Positions 46,125-55,366 of a DNA stretch of 64,000 nucleotides are shown one piece after another; the first letter of the stretch is position 1, and every line of letters begins with the position of its first letter. Made by a program: the position numbers and the translations under genes. A model generated the notes under the pieces. It did no database searches. It saw nothing but the letters and a program-made list of their open reading frames with translations, and had not been told where the DNA came from. Source of the DNA: a virus (taxonomy: Duplodnaviria; Caudoviricetes); IMG/VR virus record IMGVR_UViG_3300028603_000022, positions 1-64,000 of that record. The stretch is one strand, 5' to 3'.

Positions 46125-46394
46125 ATGAACTATCTACGTTGGGTAAAAGAAACAGCCGCGAATGTAGTAGACATGAATGCTTTCAAGGCTAAAATTAAAC
46201 ATAAAAAACAGAAAGAAGTAGAGAAAGAGCTTAGAGAGTTAGGTATAACACTTACTCATTTGTCTAATACAGGTGAATATAGAGTTAATTACAAACACGG
46301 TAGGGAAGCTACCGCTTACTACACTGATGATCTACAGGACGCAGCCTTAACAGGTTTTGCGCTATCACAACATAATAACCCTTATCCATCGTAA
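46125..46394 (+). CDS. Small putative internal head protein
   Basis: ATG at 46125; leader MNYLRWVKETA; GEYRVN..AYYTDD..DA..T domain. Confidence 0.65.
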   Translation: MNYLRWVKETAANVVDMNAFKAKIKHKKQKEVEKELRELGITLTHLSNTGEYRVNYKHGREATAYYTDDLQDAALTGFALSQHNNPYPS

Positions 46395-46403
46395 AGTAAT
46401 ACT

Positions 46404-46568
46404 ATGATAGAGATCGGGGCTAAAGTTCGTGTAAGACACATGGTATTACCACTACTTGTAGTGGATATAATATCGAATAAGTTAGTAGTTGTCGCTTGGA
46501 AAACTACTACAGGAAAGGTATATGAACTTGTAGTCTCAAAAAGGGTATTAGAGAAGATAGATGCCTAA
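46404..46568 (+). CDS. Small KOW/SH3-like protein (54 aa)
   Basis: Manual ORF MIEIGAKVRV...VVVAW; overlaps the ligase start. Confidence 0.55.
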   Translation: MIEIGAKVRVRHMVLPLLVVDIISNKLVVVAWKTTTGKVYELVVSKRVLEKIDA

Positions 46569-48369
46569 AGACCTTGAAAAGATAAAGAAGTACGTATCTT
46601 GGTTGAAGAAGGCAGATGACGCCTATTTCAATACGGGAAAGCCTATAGCTTCGGATGATAAATACGATAAAGTAAAACAGTATGTGCAAGATAATGATCC
46701 TAACAACCCATATCTTAAAAAAGTAGGTCATAAACCAAAAACAGGTAAAAAGGTCAAACTACCTTATTACATGCCTTCTTTGGATAAAATCTATCCAGAT
46801 AGAGGCGCAGAAGCTTTCTTGAAATCGTCTTCGGGCGATTTTTCTGTGCTTTATAAGCTAGACGGCGTATCTGTTCTAGCTATCAATCAAAACGGTGAAA
46901 CAAAGCTTTATACTAGAGGTAATGGCTCTGTAGGGCAAGATATCACCAAACTGCTTCCTTATATCAAAGGTGTAGGTACACTAAAGAAGAAGGAAGCGGT
47001 AAGAGGGGAGTTGATGATAAAACTCTCTGATTTTAACGCTAAGTTCAGTAAAGACTTTGAGAACCCACGTAATACCGTATCAGGTGTAGCTAATTCTGAT
47101 AAAATCAAGACCAAAGTGGCTAAGTCTATAGATTTCGTAGCTCATGAATTTGTCTTCCCTGTTACTAAATGGAAAGAAGCTAGAGTTAAGCTGAAGTCCC
47201 GTGGTTTTTTAACTACTCCTACGAAACAATTTAATAATCCTACAATTATCCAGCTAGCTAAATATCTTAAAGAGCATAAGACTAAAATATATGATATAGA
47301 TGGTTTGGTTCTTATTGATAATAAGACAGGTTCTAGAATCTCTTTCAAGGTGAACGCTCCAGCAGTTGACGCCGTAGTTAAAACCGTAAATTGGCAGCTT
47401 TCAAAACACGGAATACTAAAACCTGTTATTATCCTTGAGAAACCTATTAAACTAAGTGGTGTTTCTATTACTCGTGTTACTGGTCACAACGCGCGCACTA
47501 TCCAAGACTTAGGTATAGGTAAGGGGGCTATAATCAAAGTAACTAGAGGCGGCGATGTTATTCCGCGGCTCGATGGAGTAGTCAGGAAAGCTAAAAAGGT
47601 AGAATTACCGGATAACTTCAAATGGAATAAGACCAACACAGAAGCGGTAGCTACCAACCTATCCAAGTCTGATAAATCTCACATTGAAGTAAAGAAACTT
47701 ACAGAAGCTTTCCGTATTCTCGGATTCGACGGTATTAGATCAGCTACAGCCAAGGTTCTTATAGAGAACGATTATGACTTAATAGATACACTATTAGGTG
47801 ATGAACAGGACTTCCTAGACATAGGTGTAGGTAATGCTAACTCTGCTAAGTTGTATTCTGGTATACAAAAAGCTAAGAAGAAAGCCTCACATGGTAAGTT
47901 AATGTGGGCTTCTCACATATGGCCTTCTGGGTTTACTGATACTAGGTTTGATAAAATCTTATCTATTGCTCCGTATAAGTTACTTGTACGGGTTACACCT
48001 AAAAAGTTAATTCAAAGAATAAGTAATATACATGGGTTTTCTCCGTTTACAGCTACTGAATTTGTCAAATACTTACCCGATTATAAAGAGTTTGTAGAAG
48101 ATTTAGGTTGGAAAATTAAAGATCAAGCTTTCACTACAGAGTCTTCTAAGTTAGCTGGTAAATCTTTTGTCTTTAGCGGTATTAGAGACAAGAACCTAGA
48201 AGAAGAAATAAAGAAGAATGGCGGTGTGATTTCAGGTTCTATATCTAAAACAACTACAGCCGTAATAGTGAAATCTGTTAAAGCTACATCCACCAAGATT
48301 CAAAAAGCTAAAGAACTAAATGTACCTGTTATAGGTATTAACGAAGTTAAGTCTAAATATGGAATTTAA
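46561..48369 (+). CDS. ligA: NAD-dependent DNA ligase
   Basis: YF.TG...SD..YD, MPSLDK, KLDGVS, TRGNG, VRGE, NPRN, DGLV, RGGDVIP, C-terminal BRCT. Confidence 0.95.
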   Translation: MPKDLEKIKKYVSWLKKADDAYFNTGKPIASDDKYDKVKQYVQDNDPNNPYLKKVGHKPKTGKKVKLPYYMPSLDKIYPDRGAEAFLKSSSGDFSVLYKLDGVSVLAINQNGETKLYTRGNGSVGQDITKLLPYIKGVGTLKKKEAVRGELMIKLSDFNAKFSKDFENPRNTVSGVANSDKIKTKVAKSIDFVAHEFVFPVTKWKEARVKLKSRGFLTTPTKQFNNPTIIQLAKYLKEHKTKIYDIDGLVLIDNKTGSRISFKVNAPAVDAVVKTVNWQLSKHGILKPVIILEKPIKLSGVSITRVTGHNARTIQDLGIGKGAIIKVTRGGDVIPRLDGVVRKAKKVELPDNFKWNKTNTEAVATNLSKSDKSHIEVKKLTEAFRILGFDGIRSATAKVLIENDYDLIDTLLGDEQDFLDIGVGNANSAKLYSGIQKAKKKASHGKLMWASHIWPSGFTDTRFDKILSIAPYKLLVRVTPKKLIQRISNIHGFSPFTATEFVKYLPDYKEFVEDLGWKIKDQAFTTESSKLAGKSFVFSGIRDKNLEEEIKKNGGVISGSISKTTTAVIVKSVKATSTKIQKAKELNVPVIGINEVKSKYGI

Positions 48370-48371
48370 TC

Positions 48372-48716
48372 ATGGGTTATTTCTCTAAAGTTTTAGAAGT
48401 AGCAGGTAGACCACCTAAAACAGATCTTGAAAAACATATTAACGCTATCAACGGTAGTGATCTTTTCGATCTATACTACTCCAGCAAACCTTATGGGTCT
48501 GATACTCATGTAGAAACTACTAGAGATAAAGCTAACAGGCTTATGGATTATTTGGAGAAAAAAGGTTACAAGTCCAATAGACTACCAGATTCTTATCTAG
48601 GCCGATATGAAGTTATTGAGTCTGTAGAGCTTAAAAAGCGGGGAATTAAGGGTAATATTAAAATTACCAGTGTACCCTACTACGATCATTTAGCTAAAAT
48701 TCTTATTGAAGTTTAA
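48372..48716 (+). CDS. Putative internal head protein
   Basis: Leader MGYFSKVLEVA. Confidence 0.6.
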   Translation: MGYFSKVLEVAGRPPKTDLEKHINAINGSDLFDLYYSSKPYGSDTHVETTRDKANRLMDYLEKKGYKSNRLPDSYLGRYEVIESVELKKRGIKGNIKITSVPYYDHLAKILIEV

Positions 48717-48730
48717 TAAGGTAACACCGA

Positions 48731-49519
48731 ATGTCTGATCTTAAAGAGCTGATTTCCAGCATGATTAGTAGAAATACCAATGACAGCTTGAATAGAGATC
48801 GGGCAAAAGTTAGTCTGATTGAATCCGCGTCATTCGGTACTGAAACTCCTATTGACGCACATAAAACTCCAGAAATAGGTAAACATCTGGAAGTTCAATC
48901 ATGGCTACCTATGGCATCACAGGTCTACAACATATCCCCTAATATCAAGGACTACGTTGTAGTACCTGTGATTATTATGCCTAGCGACCTTCCGAACCGC
49001 AATTCAGTAAGTTTCCCCCATGAGACCTTAATAGGCTTTAATCCTATTCAGGGTCGTCTTAATTATAAGACGTGGGCTGGTAAACCCGCGTATTCTGAAC
49101 ATAACCATTTCAAGATGGAAGAAGCTAAAGGTATTGTTTTCGATACCTATATGTCTAAATTAAACCACGCTAAGGGTAACTTATTTAAAGTGACCGCACT
49201 ATGTGGATTTGATCGTACTAAGGACTATGGATTAGCTCAGGAAATCCTTACTGGTAGACGTAAATCTTATTCTATGGGTGCTTTCGTCTCTCAGTATGAA
49301 TGCTCTATCTGTGGTGATTTATCTAAACGAGGTAAACTTAATACAGAATGTGGCCACGTAATTAGAGGTAAGCCTAAATTCTACGAAACTAAATACGGTT
49401 ATCTTCCTAGTTATTTGTTAGCTCGTATTGGTATTGAAGGATTTGAAGTATCTTCCGTTACTGTTCCAGCTTGGTCTTCTGCTGTGAACTCCAATATTAT
49501 GGATTTAGCTAAGGTTTAA
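48731..49519 (+). CDS. Prohead maturation protease (assemblin/HK97-type fold)
   Basis: PNRN, SEHNH (His), YSMGA (Ser), CSICG..C.H, FEVSSV..PAW; upstream of scaffold and capsid genes. Confidence 0.8.
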   Translation: MSDLKELISSMISRNTNDSLNRDRAKVSLIESASFGTETPIDAHKTPEIGKHLEVQSWLPMASQVYNISPNIKDYVVVPVIIMPSDLPNRNSVSFPHETLIGFNPIQGRLNYKTWAGKPAYSEHNHFKMEEAKGIVFDTYMSKLNHAKGNLFKVTALCGFDRTKDYGLAQEILTGRRKSYSMGAFVSQYECSICGDLSKRGKLNTECGHVIRGKPKFYETKYGYLPSYLLARIGIEGFEVSSVTVPAWSSAVNSNIMDLAKV

Positions 49520-49523
49520 GTTT

Positions 49524-49991
49524 ATGGGCTACTTAAAACATCTTGAAAAAGCTTTTATCAATATGGGTGACGGAGAAGATCTTCGAATTTCTTCTACCGA
49601 AGAACTAGCTAAGAGAGTTATAACCATAATTCGTAAAACCCTAACTAATAACGGTCTTTATTATTCCAATGCAAAACAAAGTGCTATGTATTGGATTAGA
49701 TTTTCAGAGAAACCTATTAAGACCAACAAAGATTTACATAATAATAAACTTATCTATTCAGTAGAAGGTTGGCACGGTACTGGTTCAGGTAACAGAAATT
49801 ATGGTTCAAGTTTTACCATTTTTGACATTACCAGTCATCAAAATAACAAAACCTTTACAGTATTAGACTCATTATCTGTAAATGCGGGATTAGCTAAGTT
49901 TAACAGTTATGCGGATAAACGGAGTTATATAACTAATCTTAATAAGCTCGAACAATTAGCAAAACAAAACAAACTAGATTCCCTATTTTAA
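49524..49991 (+). CDS. Putative internal head protein
   Basis: Leader MGYLKHLEKA and EELA. Confidence 0.6.
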   Translation: MGYLKHLEKAFINMGDGEDLRISSTEELAKRVITIIRKTLTNNGLYYSNAKQSAMYWIRFSEKPIKTNKDLHNNKLIYSVEGWHGTGSGNRNYGSSFTIFDITSHQNNKTFTVLDSLSVNAGLAKFNSYADKRSYITNLNKLEQLAKQNKLDSLF

Positions 49992-50018
49992 CATAAATTT
50001 CTGGTAATACTAGCGATA

Positions 50019-50052
50019 ACCCCGGTAGATTAAGTTCTACCGGGGTATTTTT
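50019..50052 (+). terminator. Intrinsic terminator
   Basis: ACCCCGGTAGA...TCTACCGGGGT followed by ATTTTT. Confidence 0.8.
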
Positions 50053-50209
50053 GTGCGTGATTTTGTATTTTGGGAACATTAGGGCTCACCCCAATTTCCT
50101 CTAAGTTGTTGTTTTGTATTGGTTTCTGTAATTCTATCACATGGTACACGATTAACCTTGTATATCATACGGAAATTTACGTTAACCCACTCATTTTGGA
50201 GGCAAATTT

Positions 50210-51640
50210 ATGCCAAAGAAATTTCCAAAACTGGCGGAGACGCTCAAGGATTGTGCGTTCCCCGTTATGATGTTTCTTTCTACGAGTGAGGTCGCGAGTC
50301 AGAAGACGATTCTTCGTGCGTTCTCTGATGGTAAGGGTTTGAATCTTGTGTCTAACATTGACAAGATTTACAATCCTGTTACTGGCGATCTTCTACCTTA
50401 CATTGAAAAGTCCCAGCAGGAATGTACAGGCGATGACTTCCAACAGCTAGATAATCTAGTGGCTATTCGTACCGATGACGATGTTGTTTTTGGTGTTGAT
50501 ATAGACCTAGCTTTTGATCTTGGTGGTGAAGAAGGTTACTGTCCTCTTACTGGTAAGGAAACTGCTTTTCACTACGCGGAGGCTGCCGATTCTGATACTG
50601 ACGATTCCGATAATGAAGACGAGTTTGAAAATATCGACGATTCTTTAAACTCGGATGAGGAATACTCGGACGATGAAGAAGCTGTTATTTTCAATGACGA
50701 CGAAGCTGACGAAAATAGCGACGAAGAAGAAGTCGTGGCGTCAAATGTTGACACTACTGATTCCGATGATTCGGAAACTGCTTCGGAAGAAGTAACTGCT
50801 GAAGTCCCTGTGGAAACTCCTACTGTCGAACAGGAACCTGTTCAGGAACAGGCTTCAGAAGAAGTAATTAACGATGGCACTGTTCAGGAAATTCCTGCGA
50901 TGGCTATCGCTGACGATGAAGCTAACCTTAAGCTGGTTACTCTTACCAACGATAACAGTGAAATTGCTGCCTTCGTTGGCGAAACCCATGTTGGTACACT
51001 TCGTTGTTCTAGGGCTTCTGAGAAGGCTGCCCCACTGTTCTCTGATGGTAGCCGCCTTGTTCAGGCGTTTAAGCCTGTCTTCAATATGAATCGTAGTAAT
51101 CTGAACTCCTCGGAACTGGCTGCCTACGGTTACACGCCTGTTACTTTCAAGGTCAAGGTTGGCGATTTGTTCAACAAGCGTCTTGAAAAAGAAATAGCTT
51201 CTATCAATACTCAGGCAGAAGAAAAAGTCAAGTCATCTATTAATGGCATGGCCCGCCTTATTGAACTATCCTTCGTTGGTATCAATAAAGGTCTGTTCGA
51301 GTGTGATAATGAACTAGCCAATGAATTAGCGTCTCTACTTTCACGTAATGGTGTAAAGAACGCTAATCGTGAAGTTCGTCGTACTCTTGCGAAGCATTCT
51401 CATGGGTATATTAAAGCAGGCGTGGAAAAGGCTAAGGAGCTTTCTTCCAAGTCAGAAGATTATATCCAAGGTATCGCTGAAACTGTTTCCAAGTCCGAGT
51501 TTATCGGCAGTATCGATGATGATCGTACCGAAACAGCTTCCTATGTTCCACCAGTGTCAACAGTAGAAACAGCGGAGTTTATCGGAAATCCTCAAACTAA
51601 GAAGCCTGTAGTTAACAAGTACGCTAGGCTCTTTCGTTAA
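50210..51640 (+). CDS. Prohead scaffold/core protein
   Basis: Acidic, many E-x-A sites, lies between the protease and capsid genes. Confidence 0.65.
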   Translation: MPKKFPKLAETLKDCAFPVMMFLSTSEVASQKTILRAFSDGKGLNLVSNIDKIYNPVTGDLLPYIEKSQQECTGDDFQQLDNLVAIRTDDDVVFGVDIDLAFDLGGEEGYCPLTGKETAFHYAEAADSDTDDSDNEDEFENIDDSLNSDEEYSDDEEAVIFNDDEADENSDEEEVVASNVDTTDSDDSETASEEVTAEVPVETPTVEQEPVQEQASEEVINDGTVQEIPAMAIADDEANLKLVTLTNDNSEIAAFVGETHVGTLRCSRASEKAAPLFSDGSRLVQAFKPVFNMNRSNLNSSELAAYGYTPVTFKVKVGDLFNKRLEKEIASINTQAEEKVKSSINGMARLIELSFVGINKGLFECDNELANELASLLSRNGVKNANREVRRTLAKHSHGYIKAGVEKAKELSSKSEDYIQGIAETVSKSEFIGSIDDDRTETASYVPPVSTVETAEFIGNPQTKKPVVNKYARLFR

Positions 51641-51668
51641 TACATTCCCTCTATAAAGGAAATATGAA

Positions 51669-52379
51669 ATGTTAGATATTAACAGGTCAAAGCTCGTTGA
51701 ACACTATGTTCACAGGACTCATTCTTCGGCTCCGATGATCGAGGAAGGTAGCGCTCTGGTATGGCAGCTTGATGGTGGCGAAGGTGGCCTTCGTCCGTCT
51801 GTCGGCGGTGGTAATGAAGCCTTCGCTGGTGTTGCGGTTGGTCGTGCAGCCACCCCTACCGTTGTTCCGTACTTCGAGACTCTCGTTGTTCGTGCGACTG
51901 CACCTTATACTGTTACTCTTAGTAAAACAGCGCAGGGCAGCAGCCTTCGAGTGGTTCATGTCGCTGCTGGTGGTGCTCGTACCGTTCTTACGTCAGGTAA
52001 TCCTACCAACGCCACTGAATACTCTGTCTCGAACGGCGTAATCACTGTCAATTCTACTCTTGCTAGTGAAGTGATTGAAGTTGGTTACAACTACGCGATC
52101 ACTTTTCAGGAAGCTATCATGAAGTATAACTTCCACCAGAATGGTTCACACAATGTTTCCGACATTGGAACCATCGGTGTTATGAATACTGGTATGGCCT
52201 TCACTACCATGTACGATATTGCTTCGAACTGGAATGCTTGGACTGGTGCCACTCCGGTCTATATTACCAGTGATGGCAAGTTTACTCTTACTTCCAGCTC
52301 AAACACTGCTACTGGCTGTAAGGTTATTAGTGTTCCATCTTCGGAAGATTCGTTCCTCGGCTTATACATCACCGAGTAA
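51669..52379 (+). CDS. Head decoration/minor capsid protein
   Basis: Beta-rich, FAGVA motif, directly upstream of the MCP. Confidence 0.6.
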   Translation: MLDINRSKLVEHYVHRTHSSAPMIEEGSALVWQLDGGEGGLRPSVGGGNEAFAGVAVGRAATPTVVPYFETLVVRATAPYTVTLSKTAQGSSLRVVHVAAGGARTVLTSGNPTNATEYSVSNGVITVNSTLASEVIEVGYNYAITFQEAIMKYNFHQNGSHNVSDIGTIGVMNTGMAFTTMYDIASNWNAWTGATPVYITSDGKFTLTSSSNTATGCKVISVPSSEDSFLGLYITE

Positions 52380-52408
52380 TCTGACTCTTTAATAAAGGAT
52401 TTAACATA

Positions 52409-53479
52409 ATGCGTATTAACCACCACCCTACTCCGGTTATTGAGTCAAGGTTTCGTAACTCCAACGATATGATCGTTGGGCGTAACGGTGAAATCAATGC
52501 CGGTTCTAAACAGGAACTTATGCAGCGTCTGGTAGACATTGCCAGCATGATTCAGGACGGTGAAGTCTTTGATTCGGACGGTGTTCGTCAGGATCGTAAT
52601 ACAATCCGTGCAGAAAAGGCTGCGGCCATCCGTGAAGCTATCCATTCTCCTAAGGATTGGGCTGAACTAGGCTCTGCTATCGCGGCAGATATCGACGTTC
52701 GCCTCGAAAGAGACGGTTTCATGCGTTCGGTCTTCTTCCGTGGTGATGTTCAGGAAGGTTCCGTTCCTCGCGTTCGTATCAAGGAACGTCATGTTACCGC
52801 CGTTCGTTCACGCGGCGTTGGGATGATTTATCCGCAGTACGTCCGCGATACGTATCTCTTTGCGGAAGAGTTCTATGTTACTGCAACTCCCCGTGTTGAA
52901 CTTATCGAGATTCATCAGGGTAACAGCGACGTTCTTGAGGAAAAGTATTTCCAAGGTCTTGAACAGATTTTCGTTCAGGAAGACAAGCACGTTGTCAACA
53001 TGATGCGTACTGCTGACGGTATGTACAATGATATTACATACTTCAATGGTACTTGGTCGCAGACTAACCTCGTTGCGGTCAAGGAAAATGTTGACCGCTG
53101 GAGGATTCCGGCTACAACCTGTATAGCAGCCATTGACCTTATCAATGACGCCATCGGCGGTAGCAACTTCTCACAGTGGTTTGATCCGGTTACTAAGTGG
53201 GAAATCATCAAGTCTGGTCGTATCGGTAATCTTCTAGGTATGTCCATTCTTACCGATGGTTATCGTGATCGTAACCTGCAGGTTCTTGAGCGTGGTGAAT
53301 TTATCGTCTGTGGCGCTCCAGAGTTCCTTGGTGCATACACTGATCGTGGTCCGGTTAATGCTACTCCGATTGACGAGTATGAAAAGTTTGTTCCGGCTCG
53401 TGGTTGGTCTCTTAACGAGGTTATTTCGGCTACTCTTGGTAATGCCAAGGCCGTTGCTCGTGGTAAGCGTAATCAGTAA
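52409..53479 (+). CDS. Major capsid protein
   Basis: 356 aa, HK97-like (QEDK, GRIGNLLGMSILTD), strongly biased codon use, followed by a terminator. Confidence 0.8.
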   Translation: MRINHHPTPVIESRFRNSNDMIVGRNGEINAGSKQELMQRLVDIASMIQDGEVFDSDGVRQDRNTIRAEKAAAIREAIHSPKDWAELGSAIAADIDVRLERDGFMRSVFFRGDVQEGSVPRVRIKERHVTAVRSRGVGMIYPQYVRDTYLFAEEFYVTATPRVELIEIHQGNSDVLEEKYFQGLEQIFVQEDKHVVNMMRTADGMYNDITYFNGTWSQTNLVAVKENVDRWRIPATTCIAAIDLINDAIGGSNFSQWFDPVTKWEIIKSGRIGNLLGMSILTDGYRDRNLQVLERGEFIVCGAPEFLGAYTDRGPVNATPIDEYEKFVPARGWSLNEVISATLGNAKAVARGKRNQ

Positions 53480-53491
53480 CCTTTAATGATA

Positions 53492-53524
53492 AGGGTGGTA
53501 GTGGCAACATTACCACCCTATTAT
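53492..53524 (+). terminator. Intrinsic terminator after the MCP
   Basis: AGGGTGGTAGTG-gcaa-CATTACCACCCT. Confidence 0.75.
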
Positions 53525-53547
53525 ATTTTGTGCTAGGGAACCGAAAT

Positions 53548-53913
53548 ATGATTTCTTCACTTGATAAAGTAAAGGCTATGTTAGTAGCAGCGTGTGATTC
53601 TTGTCATCAGAATAACCGCGATATAGCTATGAACATGATGGAAATAGCTTTGGATGAACTTCAAAGTATGAATCCACAGGACGTAGAAGATAGTATTCAA
53701 ATTGTTTCGGTTGTAGACGGTGATCCAGTCGATAGTATTATTGAATCTGCTTGCTTCAATGACGAGTTTGAGGACGAAGAAACTGTTAACATGGATACCC
53801 TGTTAGATAGTGAAACTGCGAATACAGTTGCTAGTAACGTTCAATCATTGACAGATGATGCGGCTAGACAAGTTTTCCGTGAGTCCATTATGAAAATGTT
53901 TGTTCAAGCCTAA
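53548..53913 (+). CDS. Acidic hypothetical virion protein
   Basis: ATG at 53548; ESA and ETA sites. Confidence 0.55.
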   Translation: MISSLDKVKAMLVAACDSCHQNNRDIAMNMMEIALDELQSMNPQDVEDSIQIVSVVDGDPVDSIIESACFNDEFEDEETVNMDTLLDSETANTVASNVQSLTDDAARQVFRESIMKMFVQA

Positions 53914-54644
53914 TGTCTGATTTACGTAAGAAAAGTGGTATTCTCAATTTCTCTATCAAACAAGTATTAGCTTGGTTGAATAGAGAATGGTCTAAAGATA
54001 ACGAGAAACCACTGACAGGTAAAATGGTAGGTAATCGTAGATATCTTAGACAGTTAGAAGCTTCTTTAAATAGAGAAGCCTACGCTAATAATGCTACTAA
54101 AATTCAGTATCCTATACTAAATTCCGTTATCTTGGAAATGTCTCTAGATGATGAATTAGGTGCTTTGAAGAAGCATAGGGCTACTCAAGGGTATATTACT
54201 AATCGCGACGTAGAGAATGGTACTATTACCATGGAGAATCTACGTAGAGCTAGAGTAGGTTTAGGCTTTTATTTCAAATCCGATAGTCAGGAAGACGTGA
54301 TATCCCTAGCACATATATTACTTTATCACGTACCTAGAGTCGGCTTTGTAATGAAAAACGATAGTGGTTTTAGAGTAGAAACTTCTATTACCATCGATAA
54401 CTCAATAACTTTGGCCGAAACTACCGACGATTCTGGTGAATACTACGAGTACGAGTTTATAATTGTACTTAAAACTCATATAGGTTACGTAGAAGACCAT
54501 AGAATGATACGCAATGTGGTATTCAATACTACAGATGCTGATGATTCTGAAATCTTTTTCAAAGGTAGTCCTTACATGGATCTTTCTCAAACTATAAATT
54601 ACACTGATTATTTTAATAAAGACTCCCCTAGATTTAAGGGATAA
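53913..54644 (+). CDS. Putative tail terminator/completion protein
   Basis: YP motif and beta-rich C-terminus; lies between capsid and sheath genes. Confidence 0.45.
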   Translation: MSDLRKKSGILNFSIKQVLAWLNREWSKDNEKPLTGKMVGNRRYLRQLEASLNREAYANNATKIQYPILNSVILEMSLDDELGALKKHRATQGYITNRDVENGTITMENLRRARVGLGFYFKSDSQEDVISLAHILLYHVPRVGFVMKNDSGFRVETSITIDNSITLAETTDDSGEYYEYEFIIVLKTHIGYVEDHRMIRNVVFNTTDADDSEIFFKGSPYMDLSQTINYTDYFNKDSPRFKG

Positions 54645-54650
54645 CATTCT

Positions 54651-54995
54651 ATGGCCGCAATAGTCACTTCTTTAGTAACAACCTCTACTGATAAAAGAAG
54701 GAAGACCATTCTTATGGATTCTTCCTTTTCGCTAGCTGATATAGATTTGTACGCTCTGTCTAAAGTGTCGCTATTACCGGGGGATCCTCCTATTACTTTG
54801 ACTGTAGAGAAGCTATTCGTCTGTAGTGTAAGTCCTCAAATACTAATTCTGTTTAAGAACGATGCGGATGAAGAATTTGAGGTAGAAGTCAAGGAATCTT
54901 CGGTTGTTCTTCCTTTTTCGGGTGAAGTTACATTAACAAACCCCAATACTAACCCAATAACGCTGCCGGCGTCCGTTTCTTATTTAGTTGTGTAG
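54651..54995 (+). CDS. Hypothetical structural protein
   Basis: 114-aa beta-rich ORF. Confidence 0.55.
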   Translation: MAAIVTSLVTTSTDKRRKTILMDSSFSLADIDLYALSKVSLLPGDPPITLTVEKLFVCSVSPQILILFKNDADEEFEVEVKESSVVLPFSGEVTLTNPNTNPITLPASVSYLVV

Positions 54996-55016
54996 CACTC
55001 TAGGAGAACTCAACAA

Positions 55017-55328
55017 ATGACTCCGTTTGAATCCCTCGTTAAAGAATTTCCGATTTTCGTTGTTAAGAACAAGACAGCCATTACTAAAAATATCCCTATT
55101 AAGGATAATGAAGAGCTAGTTGTTCCTAGTCACGCTATAGTAAAGATTGACGCCAACCTGTTAGGCGGCATTCCTTCTTCTACATTTTTCAAGATGGTTT
55201 CCCCTTCTGTTAAAGACCTGATTAAGCACGGCCTTATTTCATCGAAAAAGGAAGATATACCTGCTCCTGTGGTAGCGAATGAAAAGGCTGTAGATAAGTC
55301 TTGGGACGATAAGAAGAAGAAGAAATAA
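55017..55328 (+). CDS. Hypothetical protein preceding the sheath
   Basis: 103 aa; AGGAG RBS. Confidence 0.6.
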   Translation: MTPFESLVKEFPIFVVKNKTAITKNIPIKDNEELVVPSHAIVKIDANLLGGIPSSTFFKMVSPSVKDLIKHGLISSKKEDIPAPVVANEKAVDKSWDDKKKKK

Positions 55329-55366
55329 TTTTATATTTTTACAAGATAACCTAGAGGTACACAATA

